This document shows, in pieces, positions 21,832-32,238 of a stretch of 64,000 bases of DNA. Made by a program: the position numbers and the translations under genes. This DNA is from Candidatus Moraniibacteriota bacterium. GTDB lineage: Bacteria > Patescibacteriota > Minisyncoccia > Moranbacterales > UBA1568. The notes under the pieces were generated by a model. That model saw nothing but the letters and a program-made list of their open reading frames with translations, was not told the DNA's origin and made no database searches. Location: positions 101,112-165,111 of the forward strand of contig CAVZUR010000004.1 of assembly GCA_963778555.1 (NCBI GenBank), in the 5' to 3' direction. Within the stretch, counting starts at the first letter, position 1. Each line of letters begins with the position of its first letter.

Positions 21832-22077
21832 CTAGAGCTGGCCACTGTAAACACTCGAGAGGCCGGACAAGCTGGAGAGAATAAACGGCACCGCGAACAT
21901 GAGTACGACCAGGGGCAAGAGGACAACGGCGAGCTGCATGATGAAGCTCCAGAGCATGTACTTGCGCGTCTTCTCCACAGCCGCGTGAATGAGCTCAAGT
22001 TTTTCGTCCTGCGCTTTGATGGCAGACAGGAGAGCGGATTCATCCATAAGGATAGATAGCGCAATAGACTTACTCAC
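21832..22077 (-). CDS. small membrane protein (81 aa, C-terminal TM)
   Basis: ORF with hydrophobic C-terminal segment; its start overlaps the end of the upstream gene by 8 nt (translational coupling). Confidence 0.45.
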   Translation of the reverse strand: MSKSIALSILMDESALLSAIKAQDEKLELIHAAVEKTRKYMLWSFIMQLAVVLLPLVVLMFAVPFILSSLSGLSSVYSGQL

Positions 22078-22912
22078 TTATTGTAGCAGCATCGAGCGCA
22101 GCCGATGGCAGATTCGATTCACCCCCTCCCAAGCTGGGTTCAATTGGCGTAATTTCTGGCAATGGAATATTCAGCGGTTCGATCGGGAGCGCGTCGGGGC
22201 CAGCCGGCGGATCAATGGGCGGCGGTAGCAAATCTAGTGGGAGTACCAAAAGTAGCGGCTCAGTACCATCGGACGGACCCGGCCCGCTGGCATCCGGAAT
22301 CGTCTCCGCTGACTTCACAGCCGGTGCGCCGCCAATTGTCAGGGTCAGGTCTGGGAGCGCCGCCTCATCATCCCAGCCCGGATCCGTAGCTTCATACGGT
22401 GCTTGCCAAGCCAAGAAGGTGAAATGGACAATGCAGGATACACCAGTATCGAAAGACGCTTCCGCTGGCAGAGAAAAGATGAACTGCCACAGTTCGTCGC
22501 TACTCGGTGAGAGCAGGCTTCCGTTCACTACTCCAATACCCGCCACACTGCCGGCATACGCGGTCGAGCCAGCACGCAACGCCGAAATTTGGAGCGCCGC
22601 GCAAACACCCGCATCGCCCGTAGTTGAGACAATCGAATGGTACCGGAAGGTATTCGCGCCCTGATTCTCGACCGTGCCGCCATACTCGACGCTGCCGCCA
22701 GCAATGATTTCTGCCGGTGCGACAGGATTGCCAACCGCCCCGATCGCTGAAAGATCGATACTCCCGCCATTGATCGCGTTCATACCGGACAACGCCGAAG
22801 CCGTGTAGAGTGACCACGTATCATGCACCACCATGACCAACACAAACAACCCGACAATGCCCAGGGAAACGGTGCCAAGCGGGCGATGAATTGTATGTTT
22901 GTTTTCGGGCAT
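22070..22912 (-). CDS. membrane-anchored secreted protein with Pro-rich C-terminus (candidate anchoring or accessory protein of the SipW locus)
   Basis: N-terminal TM LGIVGLFVLVMVV, Gly/Ala-rich globular region, PPPIDPPAGPDALPIEPLNIPLPEITPIEP tail; role inferred from position only. Confidence 0.55.
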   Translation of the reverse strand: MPENKHTIHRPLGTVSLGIVGLFVLVMVVHDTWSLYTASALSGMNAINGGSIDLSAIGAVGNPVAPAEIIAGGSVEYGGTVENQGANTFRYHSIVSTTGDAGVCAALQISALRAGSTAYAGSVAGIGVVNGSLLSPSSDELWQFIFSLPAEASFDTGVSCIVHFTFLAWQAPYEATDPGWDDEAALPDLTLTIGGAPAVKSAETIPDASGPGPSDGTEPLLLVLPLDLLPPPIDPPAGPDALPIEPLNIPLPEITPIEPSLGGGESNLPSAALDAATISE

Positions 22913-22927
22913 AACGATTTCGGACGA

Positions 22928-23575
22928 CTAGACGATTTTCCGCCGCCGAATCGGGGCGGGTGGCGGGGTGACAGTCGGGCGAGGCGGCGCGACCGATCCA
23001 GCATAGACGGTTTGGGAGAAATTCACGTTTTTGACCTCGGCAACGGTTTCAGCGGCGATCGGCTGGCGGCGCTGTCGCAAGAGCCGCCTGGCTTCAGCGG
23101 CGATGGAAATGAATTCGCTCAGGATAATGAGTGCCGCCGGCACCACGATCAGCCAGATGAAGCCCGTCTTGGTCTGGGCATAGGCCACGGGATAGCCGAG
23201 GTATGGAATCGCGAGCAGCGTTTTGCCGACGATGTCTTGACGCGCCACGGTGACAGGATCCGGATCCTCATTGGCATCGCCTTGAGTGAGGAACGTCTGA
23301 CCGGTCGCCGTGTCGCGCCGCTCGATGATGCGGTGGGTGACCGACTGCTTGTCGCTCGTCGCGACGGTCACGATATCTCCGACCGCGTAGGCGGGCCGCG
23401 CCGAGACGAAGATGAGACTTCCCGTCCGAATCGCCGGCTCCATCGATCCGGACCGGACCGTGAAAAGCTTGATCGTGTTCGGTAATGGCAAGAGCGACGA
23501 GGCCATCACCAAGACGAAGCCGATGACGATGACCGCCATGAGTCCTTGCACGATGGAACCGAGGCGCTTCAGCAT
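22928..23575 (-). CDS. sipW: signal peptidase I, SipW type (S26B, archaeal/ER-like)
   Basis: VRSGSMEPAIRTGSLIFV catalytic Ser box, N-terminal TM, C-terminal TM; 215 aa. Confidence 0.85.
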   Translation of the reverse strand: MLKRLGSIVQGLMAVIVIGFVLVMASSLLPLPNTIKLFTVRSGSMEPAIRTGSLIFVSARPAYAVGDIVTVATSDKQSVTHRIIERRDTATGQTFLTQGDANEDPDPVTVARQDIVGKTLLAIPYLGYPVAYAQTKTGFIWLIVVPAALIILSEFISIAAEARRLLRQRRQPIAAETVAEVKNVNFSQTVYAGSVAPPRPTVTPPPAPIRRRKIV

Positions 23576-23590
23576 AGGCGACGGAAAACG

Positions 23591-25037
23591 TTATGGCGCG
23601 AAGGGTGTCGGGTTATTGCGATGTTGTTCGACTTCGAATTTGATATCGGCTTCGAAGATGTCGGTCTGCGCCTCATTCCCGGTCGCGATGGGCAGATTCC
23701 AGCCGATACCGAAGTAGTACGTCGTCGATGCGGCCATGCGGCCGTCTTGAGCGAGGCCATTACAGAGCGTGTAATTCGTGTGTCCATCTGGGATCGTGCA
23801 GCCATGCGCCACGTAGGCTGCCGCCAAACCCTGCCAGATATTATGCGTTTCGCTCGGAGTATCCACCGCGCCTGGAGCAACCAGTACCATCTCATCACCC
23901 TGTTGGATATTGTCACCCTCGCCGAGGTCGGTGCCCTTGCCTTGGAACCCGGGCGTGGCACCCTCGTCCAGCCAGATCGAGAAATTCAGGTTCTGGCGCA
24001 ATTCTCCGAGTCCGACGCCAGGGTACCGCGCAGTTGCCACTTTCCGCCACCTGCTCGGAACTGGTGCAGGTATTGTCATCATCGGCGGTCACGTTGACCA
24101 CCATCCGTCCCCACGCATCATTGTTGTAGACATGGAGCGACACGGTATCCTCGCCCACATCCCCTGGTTTCACATCATCGAAGTTGAAGAATTTATGCAC
24201 ACCGTTCTGGAGGTCGGTCAGATCCCACGTCCCGTCGCAGGGCTGGCCCACTAATTCGCCGCTCACCGACGTCGGGCATTCGAGCAGATGGACATCAACG
24301 GCATCGAGAAATGTCCCGAGTGAATTCTCGGTCCCGAGATCCGCAAACGAGATCTCGGTCGAGGCGCCGGTCGCGAAGAAATCATAGGTATGCAGACTCC
24401 AGTCGATTGATCCGCCGCCCGCGCTCGACAATGTGTCGAGCAGCAAGCCGTTTGCCTTCACCTCGAGTTCATTCTCCGTCGCGGCGGTATTGGGCCGCGG
24501 CGCAAACTGGAAGGAGAGACGGTATTTCTTGCCCGCGACAGTCGGGATGGACTGCGCGATGCGAATGGAGGCTGGTTCACCACTCAAGGGATCGCTCGGA
24601 CCACCCCAATCAGAATCAAGTTCCGTATACTGGTCGCCTTCGAACGCGGCGCCCAAGACGCCTTCATGGTATTCGATCGTCGCGACTGCCGGCTTGCCGC
24701 TCGGATCCACCCACTGCACGTCCCATACCAGGCCGCTCGCACCGTCAGGAAACACCTCCCACTGGTTCGGGTCGGTCACTTCCGGATTCTCAAAACCGCC
24801 GTTGACGATGAGATTACTGCCGACGGCATGACAAGGCGCGCCTTCGAGCGCCCAGACACCGCCGGTACAGACCAGCCCATTATAGTGCGACTCGCTGTCG
24901 ACTTTCAGATCAAGCGCTCCCGCGGTGAAGAGATTGCCCGTCGAAGTCTCGGTATCCGAGAAAAACGCATAGGTTCCCCCGCCGACCGCGGCCGCCGCGG
25001 CCAAGATGATGAATGAGCTTTTGGCTATTTTCCACAT
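23591..25037 (-). CDS. TasA/camelysin-like secreted protein paralogue 1 with SipW-cognate signal peptide and an inserted carbohydrate-binding-like jelly-roll domain; one frameshift near 23913-24082
   Basis: MWKIAKSSFIILAAAAAVGGGTYAFFSDTETSTGNLFTAGALDL; insert starting NGGFENPEV; shared core FFNFDDVKPGDVGEDTVSLH and a C-terminal VEQHRNNP motif. Confidence 0.75.
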
Positions 25038-25086
25038 ACGCTTTCGATTTAGGATTATTCCCTCCGGCCCCGCAACCACGTCCGCG

Positions 25087-26421
25087 CTACGGTGATACGC
25101 CTGTCACACTCACTCCATCGATATACGCATGATTGGTCCCGTTCGTCCCGACGAGGACAAAGCGGACTTTGACACTTGGCTTATTGTCAGCCGCAGGCGA
25201 GAGTGAGAACGTCTTGGTCGTCCAGCCCGACTCGCCGATGACGGTCTCGAGCGTGGTCCACGACGTTCCGCCATTGACCGAATACTCAACCGTCAGCGTT
25301 TGGGGATCGACGGCACCGCCCGTATCGTCTGTCTTACGGTCATACTTGAGCACGATAGTGTGATAGCCGAGCGTGCTGAAGCCCGGGGTCACGAGCGACT
25401 CGGTGTGGCCGTTCGAACTCGAGGCATCGAGATCGGCATTCTTGGTACACTCCCGCTTCTCTTCATCTTTGTCATCGTCATACCCGCCTCGATTGGTCCA
25501 CTTTTTGTGCCACGAACGTTCGTACTCCTTGTCTTTGGATTTCACGCACTGGTTGAAGTCCTCAGAGAAGAGGGTCGAAGTCGTCGTTTCCGGCGGCTCC
25601 TCGCCGCTGCCACCGCTGCACAGGAATGAATTGTTGCGCGACTGCGCTACCGTAAAGGACACATCCGCCGTGATACCATCGCTTTGAACATGATTGCCGA
25701 CGGGCGCGCCATCACAGGTGAAGCCTGTTCCACGGACCAATGGGCCGTTGGTGCTCCCCGCCAATTTTCCTTTGCCATCTTGCGCTTTCGGCGCCCCGGC
25801 CAAAATGCCGAAACACCAGGCCTTGCCGATATACTTTGTCACCTCTGGCGCCAAGGGCCCCGATCCGCCCCAAACATTGTGTGTAGAATCCGCCAGTGGC
25901 CACAAGGCACCGTCAAAGATATCTTTCGCCAAACCTTCCTTGAAAATCGTTTCTCCGCTCTCATACACATTGTCGCCATCGTCCGCCCAGAAAGAGAAGT
26001 ACAGATGGTTCTGCAATTCGCCGTCATTGGCGCCAGTGGTCGGATCGACGGACACTTCCGGTTCGGGCTGACCATTCTCCGGCGTCGATTGGAAATCAAT
26101 CGCCATGCAGCTCCAGGCCTTGTTATTCAAAACATGCAAGGAAATCGTATCCTCGCCGATATCCCCCGGCTTCACGTCGAGAAAATTGAAGAAGAGTTTG
26201 CCCGCGAGCTTGCCGAGTTGCCACGATGTCGCCGGACTGGCAACGAGTTTGCCGTCATCATTCGTGACATAGGATTCATTATCGACTTTCAGCTCGATCA
26301 CGCCCGAGGCAAAGGTATTGCCGACAGACGTCTCTTGGTCGACGAAGAAGGAGTACGTCCCCGCCCCGGCGGCGGTCGCGACCAGGAGTACCGTGAAGAG
26401 TCCTTTCGTTATCTTCCACAT
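25087..26421 (-). CDS. TasA/camelysin-like secreted protein paralogue 2 (intact, 444 aa) with C-terminal beta-sandwich-like extension
   Basis: MWKITKGLFTVLLVATAAGAGTYSFFVDQETSVGNTFASGVIEL; core FFNFLDVKPGDIGEDTISLH ... AQSRNNSFLC; about 150-aa extra C-terminal domain. Confidence 0.8.
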   Translation of the reverse strand: MWKITKGLFTVLLVATAAGAGTYSFFVDQETSVGNTFASGVIELKVDNESYVTNDDGKLVASPATSWQLGKLAGKLFFNFLDVKPGDIGEDTISLHVLNNKAWSCMAIDFQSTPENGQPEPEVSVDPTTGANDGELQNHLYFSFWADDGDNVYESGETIFKEGLAKDIFDGALWPLADSTHNVWGGSGPLAPEVTKYIGKAWCFGILAGAPKAQDGKGKLAGSTNGPLVRGTGFTCDGAPVGNHVQSDGITADVSFTVAQSRNNSFLCSGGSGEEPPETTTSTLFSEDFNQCVKSKDKEYERSWHKKWTNRGGYDDDKDEEKRECTKNADLDASSSNGHTESLVTPGFSTLGYHTIVLKYDRKTDDTGGAVDPQTLTVEYSVNGGTSWTTLETVIGESGWTTKTFSLSPAADNKPSVKVRFVLVGTNGTNHAYIDGVSVTGVSP

Positions 26422-26507
26422 ACGCTACCGTTACAGTTTATTTCGGTTTCCCCCGTGCCACCGCCGGGATTGTTCCGGCGGATGGCATGAGGCAAAGATC
26501 ATTCAGA

Positions 26508-27984
26508 TTAGTTCTCGAAGTCGGTCGTTTCGCCGTTGAATTCGACCCAGTCCACGAAGCTGTTTTCACCAATCGGACCAGGGTGGCCCACCCGCACGCC
26601 GAGGAAGGAGTCGGTTGAGCGCGTTTCCGCGCCAGGATAATCGGCTAGGATCTGATTCCAGGTTTTCGGTGTCGTACCAGGCTGCACGTTCGGAGCCGGC
26701 CAATTGGCGCCGGAGTAGGTCCACAGGGCCGTGCCACCGTTGATAGCATCCACGGTCGTCCACGTGTTGACGACTACGCCGGTCGGCACCATCACGAGAC
26801 GGCGCTGAAACGTGTCGCTATTGTTGAAGTCGATATTGAAGTGGAGGAAGGGCGTCTCGGCGGAAGCTGAGGCGTCATAAATCCGATACTTCAAAGAATT
26901 AATATTAGCGAGCTTCACATCCTTGTACTTGTAGGTCGCGATGTTGTAGCGCGGATTGATACCAGTATCTAGGGTCATCTGTGCCGCGCCAACCGCTTCC
27001 GGACCAGCGACGATGTTATTCACGCCGCCGGTTCCGCTGAATTGGTTGAGCGTCATGACTGTGTCGTTGGTGTCATTGTAGAAGAGCCACTTGTTCACAT
27101 TGCCGATAACATCGCCAAAGCTCTGGGCCAGATCGACCCGAGCGAACTTCCACGATGCCGCTTTGGCCGACAAAGGTCGGGAGCGAAGAACAAAGAAAGC
27201 CGGGATTATTGCGAGTCTGCACGGCATAGAACGAGACATCCGCGAGGATACCGTCGGTCTGCGCGATGTTATTGTTGCCCGAGCCGTTGCAGGCATAGCC
27301 AGTACCGCGGACAAGCGGTCCATTACTCCCGGTCTTGCCCAGCCCGTCTTGATTGATTGGCACACCGATCAGGGTCCCAAAGCACCAGGCCTTGCCGACA
27401 TAGCGCGTCGAGTTGCCGAGTATCGGCGTCCCGTTCAAGGAATCCGCGACCGGCACCCAGACGCCATTCAAGAGATTGCTCGCGGTCCCGACCCACTGCG
27501 TGATCTGGGACTCATCCGCCTCATAGACATTGTCCCCGTCGTCGTTCCAGAACGCGAAGTTGAGGAAATTCTGCAATTCTCCACCCTGTGCACCATCCGT
27601 CACGTCGCCCGCGTCGCCTTCCGGTTCATTGATGCCGTTATCCGGCTTGGCCGTGATGGCTGCGGTCATGCAGGCGTAGGCGTCATTCGTGCCCGGATGA
27701 AGCGAGATAGTGTCCTCGCCGATGTCGCCAGGCTTCAGGTCGCTGAAACTGAAGAACAGTTGATTGGTCACATCCGACAAAGCCCACGAGTTCGTCGGGC
27801 TCGCCACCAAGACACCCGCGTTATTCGTCACATAGCTCTCATTGTCGATCGTCAAATCGATGTCTCCGGCCGTGAAAGTGTTACCGGTCGACGTTTCACT
27901 GTCCGAAAAGAACGAATATGTCGCTCCGCCCACCGTAATCGCTACCGCCAGTACGACGAGACTGCTTTTCAGGATTTTACCCAT
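26508..27984 (-). CDS. TasA/camelysin-like secreted protein paralogue 3; the C-terminal extension domain is probably joined through a frameshift near 27130-27190
   Basis: MGKILKSSLVVLAVAITVGGATYSFFSDSETSTGNTFTAGDIDL; core FFSFSDLKPGDIGEDTISLH ... VQTRNNPGFLC; downstream overlapping ORF 26508-27365 encodes a further domain. Confidence 0.7.
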
Positions 27985-28446
27985 ATGCGCGCTTACGGAT
28001 TATGAACCTCTGATCCCGCGCCACTCCGGGACGATCCCGGAATGACGCAAGGTGAGAAGCGGCTTCTCCCCTCCCAGAAGAAACTCTCAGAAAACCTAGA
28101 CTCGGCTGCCAAGAGAACTACAACTGCTGGATGTACAAAGTTCGTAATTCGCACGTGACGTTTCACCGGCTAGACATTATTGTTGCGGTACCGTATCGCC
28201 GACTTCCGGCGTCGCATTCCGCTGAACGTGCATAGACAGGTTAGGATTTCCCGCCAGGATCACTCAGAATAGACCTCGGACAACGTATAGACACCAGTGG
28301 TAAGTAGCCATGTGACGTCGCATTACCTGTCAATACCACAGATGAGCGCCTGGGCCCATCAGCTGTAAGTGTGAAGTCAGCGTCAACGCCTACGATTTCT
28401 GGCTGGAAGTAACAATCTTATCAAGGTCACTCGTACGCTGTTTCGT

Positions 28447-29377
28447 CTACACCCGCGGAGTGCAGAGGAAGTTCGGGTTGTTGCGGAACTGCTCGACCCG
28501 GAAGGCCACGGTCGCTTCGAACATGTCCGTCTGGACGATATTCCCCAAGGTGGAACCATCACAGGTGATGGTGTTGAGTGGGAGACTCACTACCTGTGTC
28601 CCCGCACACCAGGCGAGACCGATGTAGTTCGTCACACCGCCGTCGATCGGACCGACCGCCGGGAAGGTGCTGGAATCGGCCAGGGTATAGGTCTTGCCAC
28701 CGAGCACATCGCTCGCGGGACCTGACTGGTTCGAGAAGAGGAGCGGTTCCACTTCCTCACCCTGCCACACATTGTCACCTTCACTCGCGTCATTGTTCCC
28801 TTGATCTGCTCCGAATTCTGCCAACCGGGGTCGATTACCCTGATCGAGCCAGGCCGCGAATTTGACGTTTTGCGCCAATTCGCCGTCCAAGAGGTCCGCA
28901 TCTGGCTCAGCCGACCGTATCGAGCTCCGCCACTTCGGCGTCTTCCGGCTCCGTGACCGTCACATCGTCGTTCTTCGTCAGCGTCACATCGATACAAGCC
29001 CAGGCTGGGTTGTTGTTGATGTGGAGCGAGATGGTGTTCTCTCCCTGGTCTCCCGGCTTGATGTCGGAAAAGTTAAAGAACTTTTGGGCGCCCAAATCGG
29101 TCGCCGCCCAAGTACCGTCACAGACGGTCCCCGCCGCAGGATAATGCCCGGCTGCCGGTGTAAATCCGACTTCTGGCTGCCACCAGTAATTCCCAATGGC
29201 TTCGTCGGGATTCTCCACGCAGACCATGTTGTTATAGTGCTGCTCGCTATCGACCGTCAGGTCGATCGCCCCGGCGGTGAAGGTGTTGCCGGTCGAAGTC
29301 TCGGTGTCCGAGAAGAATGAGTAGGTCGCTCCGCCGACGGCCACCGCGACCGCGAGAACCACAATCCGCTTTTCCAA
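28447..29377 (-). CDS. TasA/camelysin-like secreted protein paralogue 4; one frameshift near 28890-28907
   Basis: MEKRIVVLAVAVAVGGATYSFFSDTETSTGNTFTAGAIDL; core FFNFSDIKPGDQGENTISLH ... VEQFRNNPNFLC. Confidence 0.7.
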
Positions 29378-29883
29378 ATCTTTTGCATATGGTTTTACTA
29401 TTTGTTTACGACGTTCTTCTCTCAGCCTGACCCCGGCCGCACATCGACCTGTCCGCTGCTCTGAATGTTTGAGTCAGAGCCAACGGATCCACGCAGTTCT
29501 CCCGCCTCGCTTCTTGAGAATCCGTTCAACTGAAACAGGGAACGGGTTCCGATAGAATCGGATCGAGAGAAAGGGGTATCGGTTTGAGAGGAACGTTTTC
29601 TGTCTGTCTCTTTGTTTTCGCTTTCTCGCACTCGACCGGTGCATTTCTATTGCGGATATAAGAAGTCACAAGCGCCCTCCTTGCTCTTGTTGACTTTGAT
29701 TTTTATGTTTCTTCTCCCTCGATGATTTTTTCGAGCTGAGAAGTATTGTTTGCCCTCCAACAAACGGCTATCGCTTACAGAATAGAACGAACTGAAAATA
29801 AGTCAACACGGAAAAAATATTTCTGACGCCTTCAGCCTCGCGGCAGAATACAAAAATAGTACGCAATGAAAAAAACTGGACGT

Positions 29884-30814
29884 TCAAAACCCGACGAGCT
29901 GTACTTCCTCGCGTAACTGGACACCTGAATCGGTTCGGACCCGTTGTTTCACCAGACTCGCCAGCATGATGACGTCTTCGGTCGTAGCGGTGCCCGTATT
30001 CACGAGATAGTTCGGATGGCGCGGACTGATCTGGGCGCCGCCGACTTTCTCGCCGCGCAGCCCCGCGCGATCGATGAGCCAACCGGCCGGGAGTTTGCCG
30101 TCTTTCGCCGCCATTCCGGTATCCTGGGCGAATTCCGTCCGAAGTGTCTCGTCCACGACCGTCGGATTCATGAAGAATGATCCGGCACACAACGCCTTCT
30201 GCGGATGTTTGGCTTCGCGCTTGGCCAATGTCTCCTCTGAAATGCGATGCAATTCCGATGCGTCGCCCTCCGCGAGACGCAGCTGCGCTGAGAGGATGAC
30301 GAATTCCGGATGCGTTTTGAAAAAGCTGGTCCGATACTGAAAGTCGCATTCCGACTGGGAAAACTCTTTCAATGCTCTCGATTTGCGATCATAGGTTTTC
30401 ACGTTGACCACCCGATTGCCGATCTCCATCCCGAAAGCCCCAGCATTGCCCGCGCAGTGCGCCGCCCACAGACCCCGGGATGCCGGCGAGCCGCTCCAAA
30501 CCGGCGAGACCATGACTATTGACCAGCTCGACGAGCGCAAGCAGATTCGCCCCCGCATCAGTGTAGATGTCCTGACCCGCGATCCGCGACGCGGCATTTG
30601 CGACCCGGATCACAAGCCCCCGGAAACCACGGTCAGCGATGAGGAGATTGCTCCCGCCAGAAAAGACGAAAGTCTTCAGTCCATTGTGCTCCGCGTATTC
30701 CAGCGCTTCGATGAGCTCCGGTGCCGTCGTCACGGAAACGAAAAAATCGGCCGCCCCGCCGAGGCGGAAGGTAGTAAACGGCGCCAACGGGACCTCTCGT
30801 TCGATGGATAGCAT
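29884..30814 (-). CDS. murB: UDP-N-acetylenolpyruvoylglucosamine reductase (MurB), one frameshift near 30390-30600
   Basis: N-terminal PLAPFTTFRLGGAADFF...SGGSNLL and C-terminal MurB domain in the adjacent frame. Confidence 0.85.
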
Positions 30815-30833
30815 TCAAAATTCGGAAAACGGT

Positions 30834-32232
30834 TTATTTCTGCAGGATGGCGGCGGCGATTTGCCAGACATCGCCTGCGCCCATGGTGATGATAACATCC
30901 CCGGCCCGCATCTCGCGAACAATTTTTTCAACAAGCGCCGCGCGGTCCGGCGCATATTCGGCTTTCCCGGGCACGTATTGATTGATACGGTCGACCAGAT
31001 CCAGTCGCACTGACGCCGCCATGCTGCTCGCGGGCACTGCCATAGATGTCGAGGATCGCGACGCTCTCCGCCCGCTCAAAACTGGACGCGAATTCCTCCA
31101 GGAGCGCTTTTGTCCGCGTGAACGTATGCGGATGAAAGACGACCAGAAGACGATTGTCCGGATACAAGTCATGAAAGGCGGCCAGGGTCGCCTGAATCTC
31201 GGCCGGATGATGGGCGTAATCGTCGTAAACCAAAGCACCTTTTTTCTCGCCGAGGTATTCGAAGCGTCGTTTGGTACCAGAAAAGGCGGCGATCCCTTTC
31301 CGGACTGCCGTGCTGTCGAGTTTGAGGTGAAGTGCAACAGCGATCACTGCGAGTGCGTTTTCAACATTGTGCCGACCGGCGAGCTGAAGACGGAACGGGC
31401 CGAGCCGTCCGCCCGCATATTCGACCGAGAACTCCTGGAGCGCACTGTGCTGCCGCTCTGCTTCCGGAAGAATTCGGTAATCCACGGCGCGAACACTATT
31501 TCCCTCAAGAAAACCATAGGTGTACCGCGGCGCTGACGCCGACCGCGAAAGAAATTCCGCCCGGGCATGGTCGCCGCACACGACGAGAAATCCATGCTTC
31601 GGCACCCGCGCAATGAAAGCTGAAAAGACCTTTTCATACGCATCGACTGTGGGGAAAAAATCCGGGTGATCCCAATCGACGCTCGTAACGATGGCACCGA
31701 ACGGATGATAAAGCGCAAGCTTGTTCTGGTACTCATCTGCCTCAATCACGAACAGCGGGCCGCGGCCAGACAACGCGCTTCCGCCCCAGGAGCGGATCTC
31801 ACTTCCGATGATCGCCGACGGATCAGTCCCTGCGGTACGGAGGACATCGGCCAAGAGCGCGGAGGTCGTCGTTTTACCGTGCGAACCGCAGACCGCGATG
31901 GTCATCCGTTCCCGGGTCAGCGCTCCCACGGCTTCCGGATAGGAATAGAGGGGCTTCCCGCTCGCTTGCGCGGCCGCGAGTTCAGGATTATTTTCCGCCG
32001 TATACGCGGTCGAATAGACAAACACGTCGACTGTCTTCGGCAGATTCGCGGGATCAAACGGCGTTTTGACCAGAATCTTGAGCCGCTTCAAAATGGCATC
32101 CGTATAAAAGACTTCCGCCGTATCCGAGCCGGTGACTGTTTTTCCGAGACCCGAGAGCAGCTCGGACAACGCCGCCATACCCGCTCCCTTGATTCCGATG
32201 AGGTGCCAGCGGCGATACTCGAGAAAGGCCAT
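30834..32232 (-). CDS. murC: UDP-N-acetylmuramate--L-alanine ligase (MurC), C-terminal frameshift
   Basis: HLIGIKGAGMAALSELL Mur ligase N-terminus; C-terminal DVIITMGAGDVWQIAAAIL lies in the frame of ORF 30834-31337. Confidence 0.85.
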
Positions 32233-32238
32233 AGTCGA

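Noticed and set aside
25684-26490. 268-aa plus-strand ORF, and similar plus-strand ORFs at 23546-24097 and 27091-28005
   Set aside because: They are antisense to the TasA-like paralogues, whose minus-strand translations carry conserved motifs.
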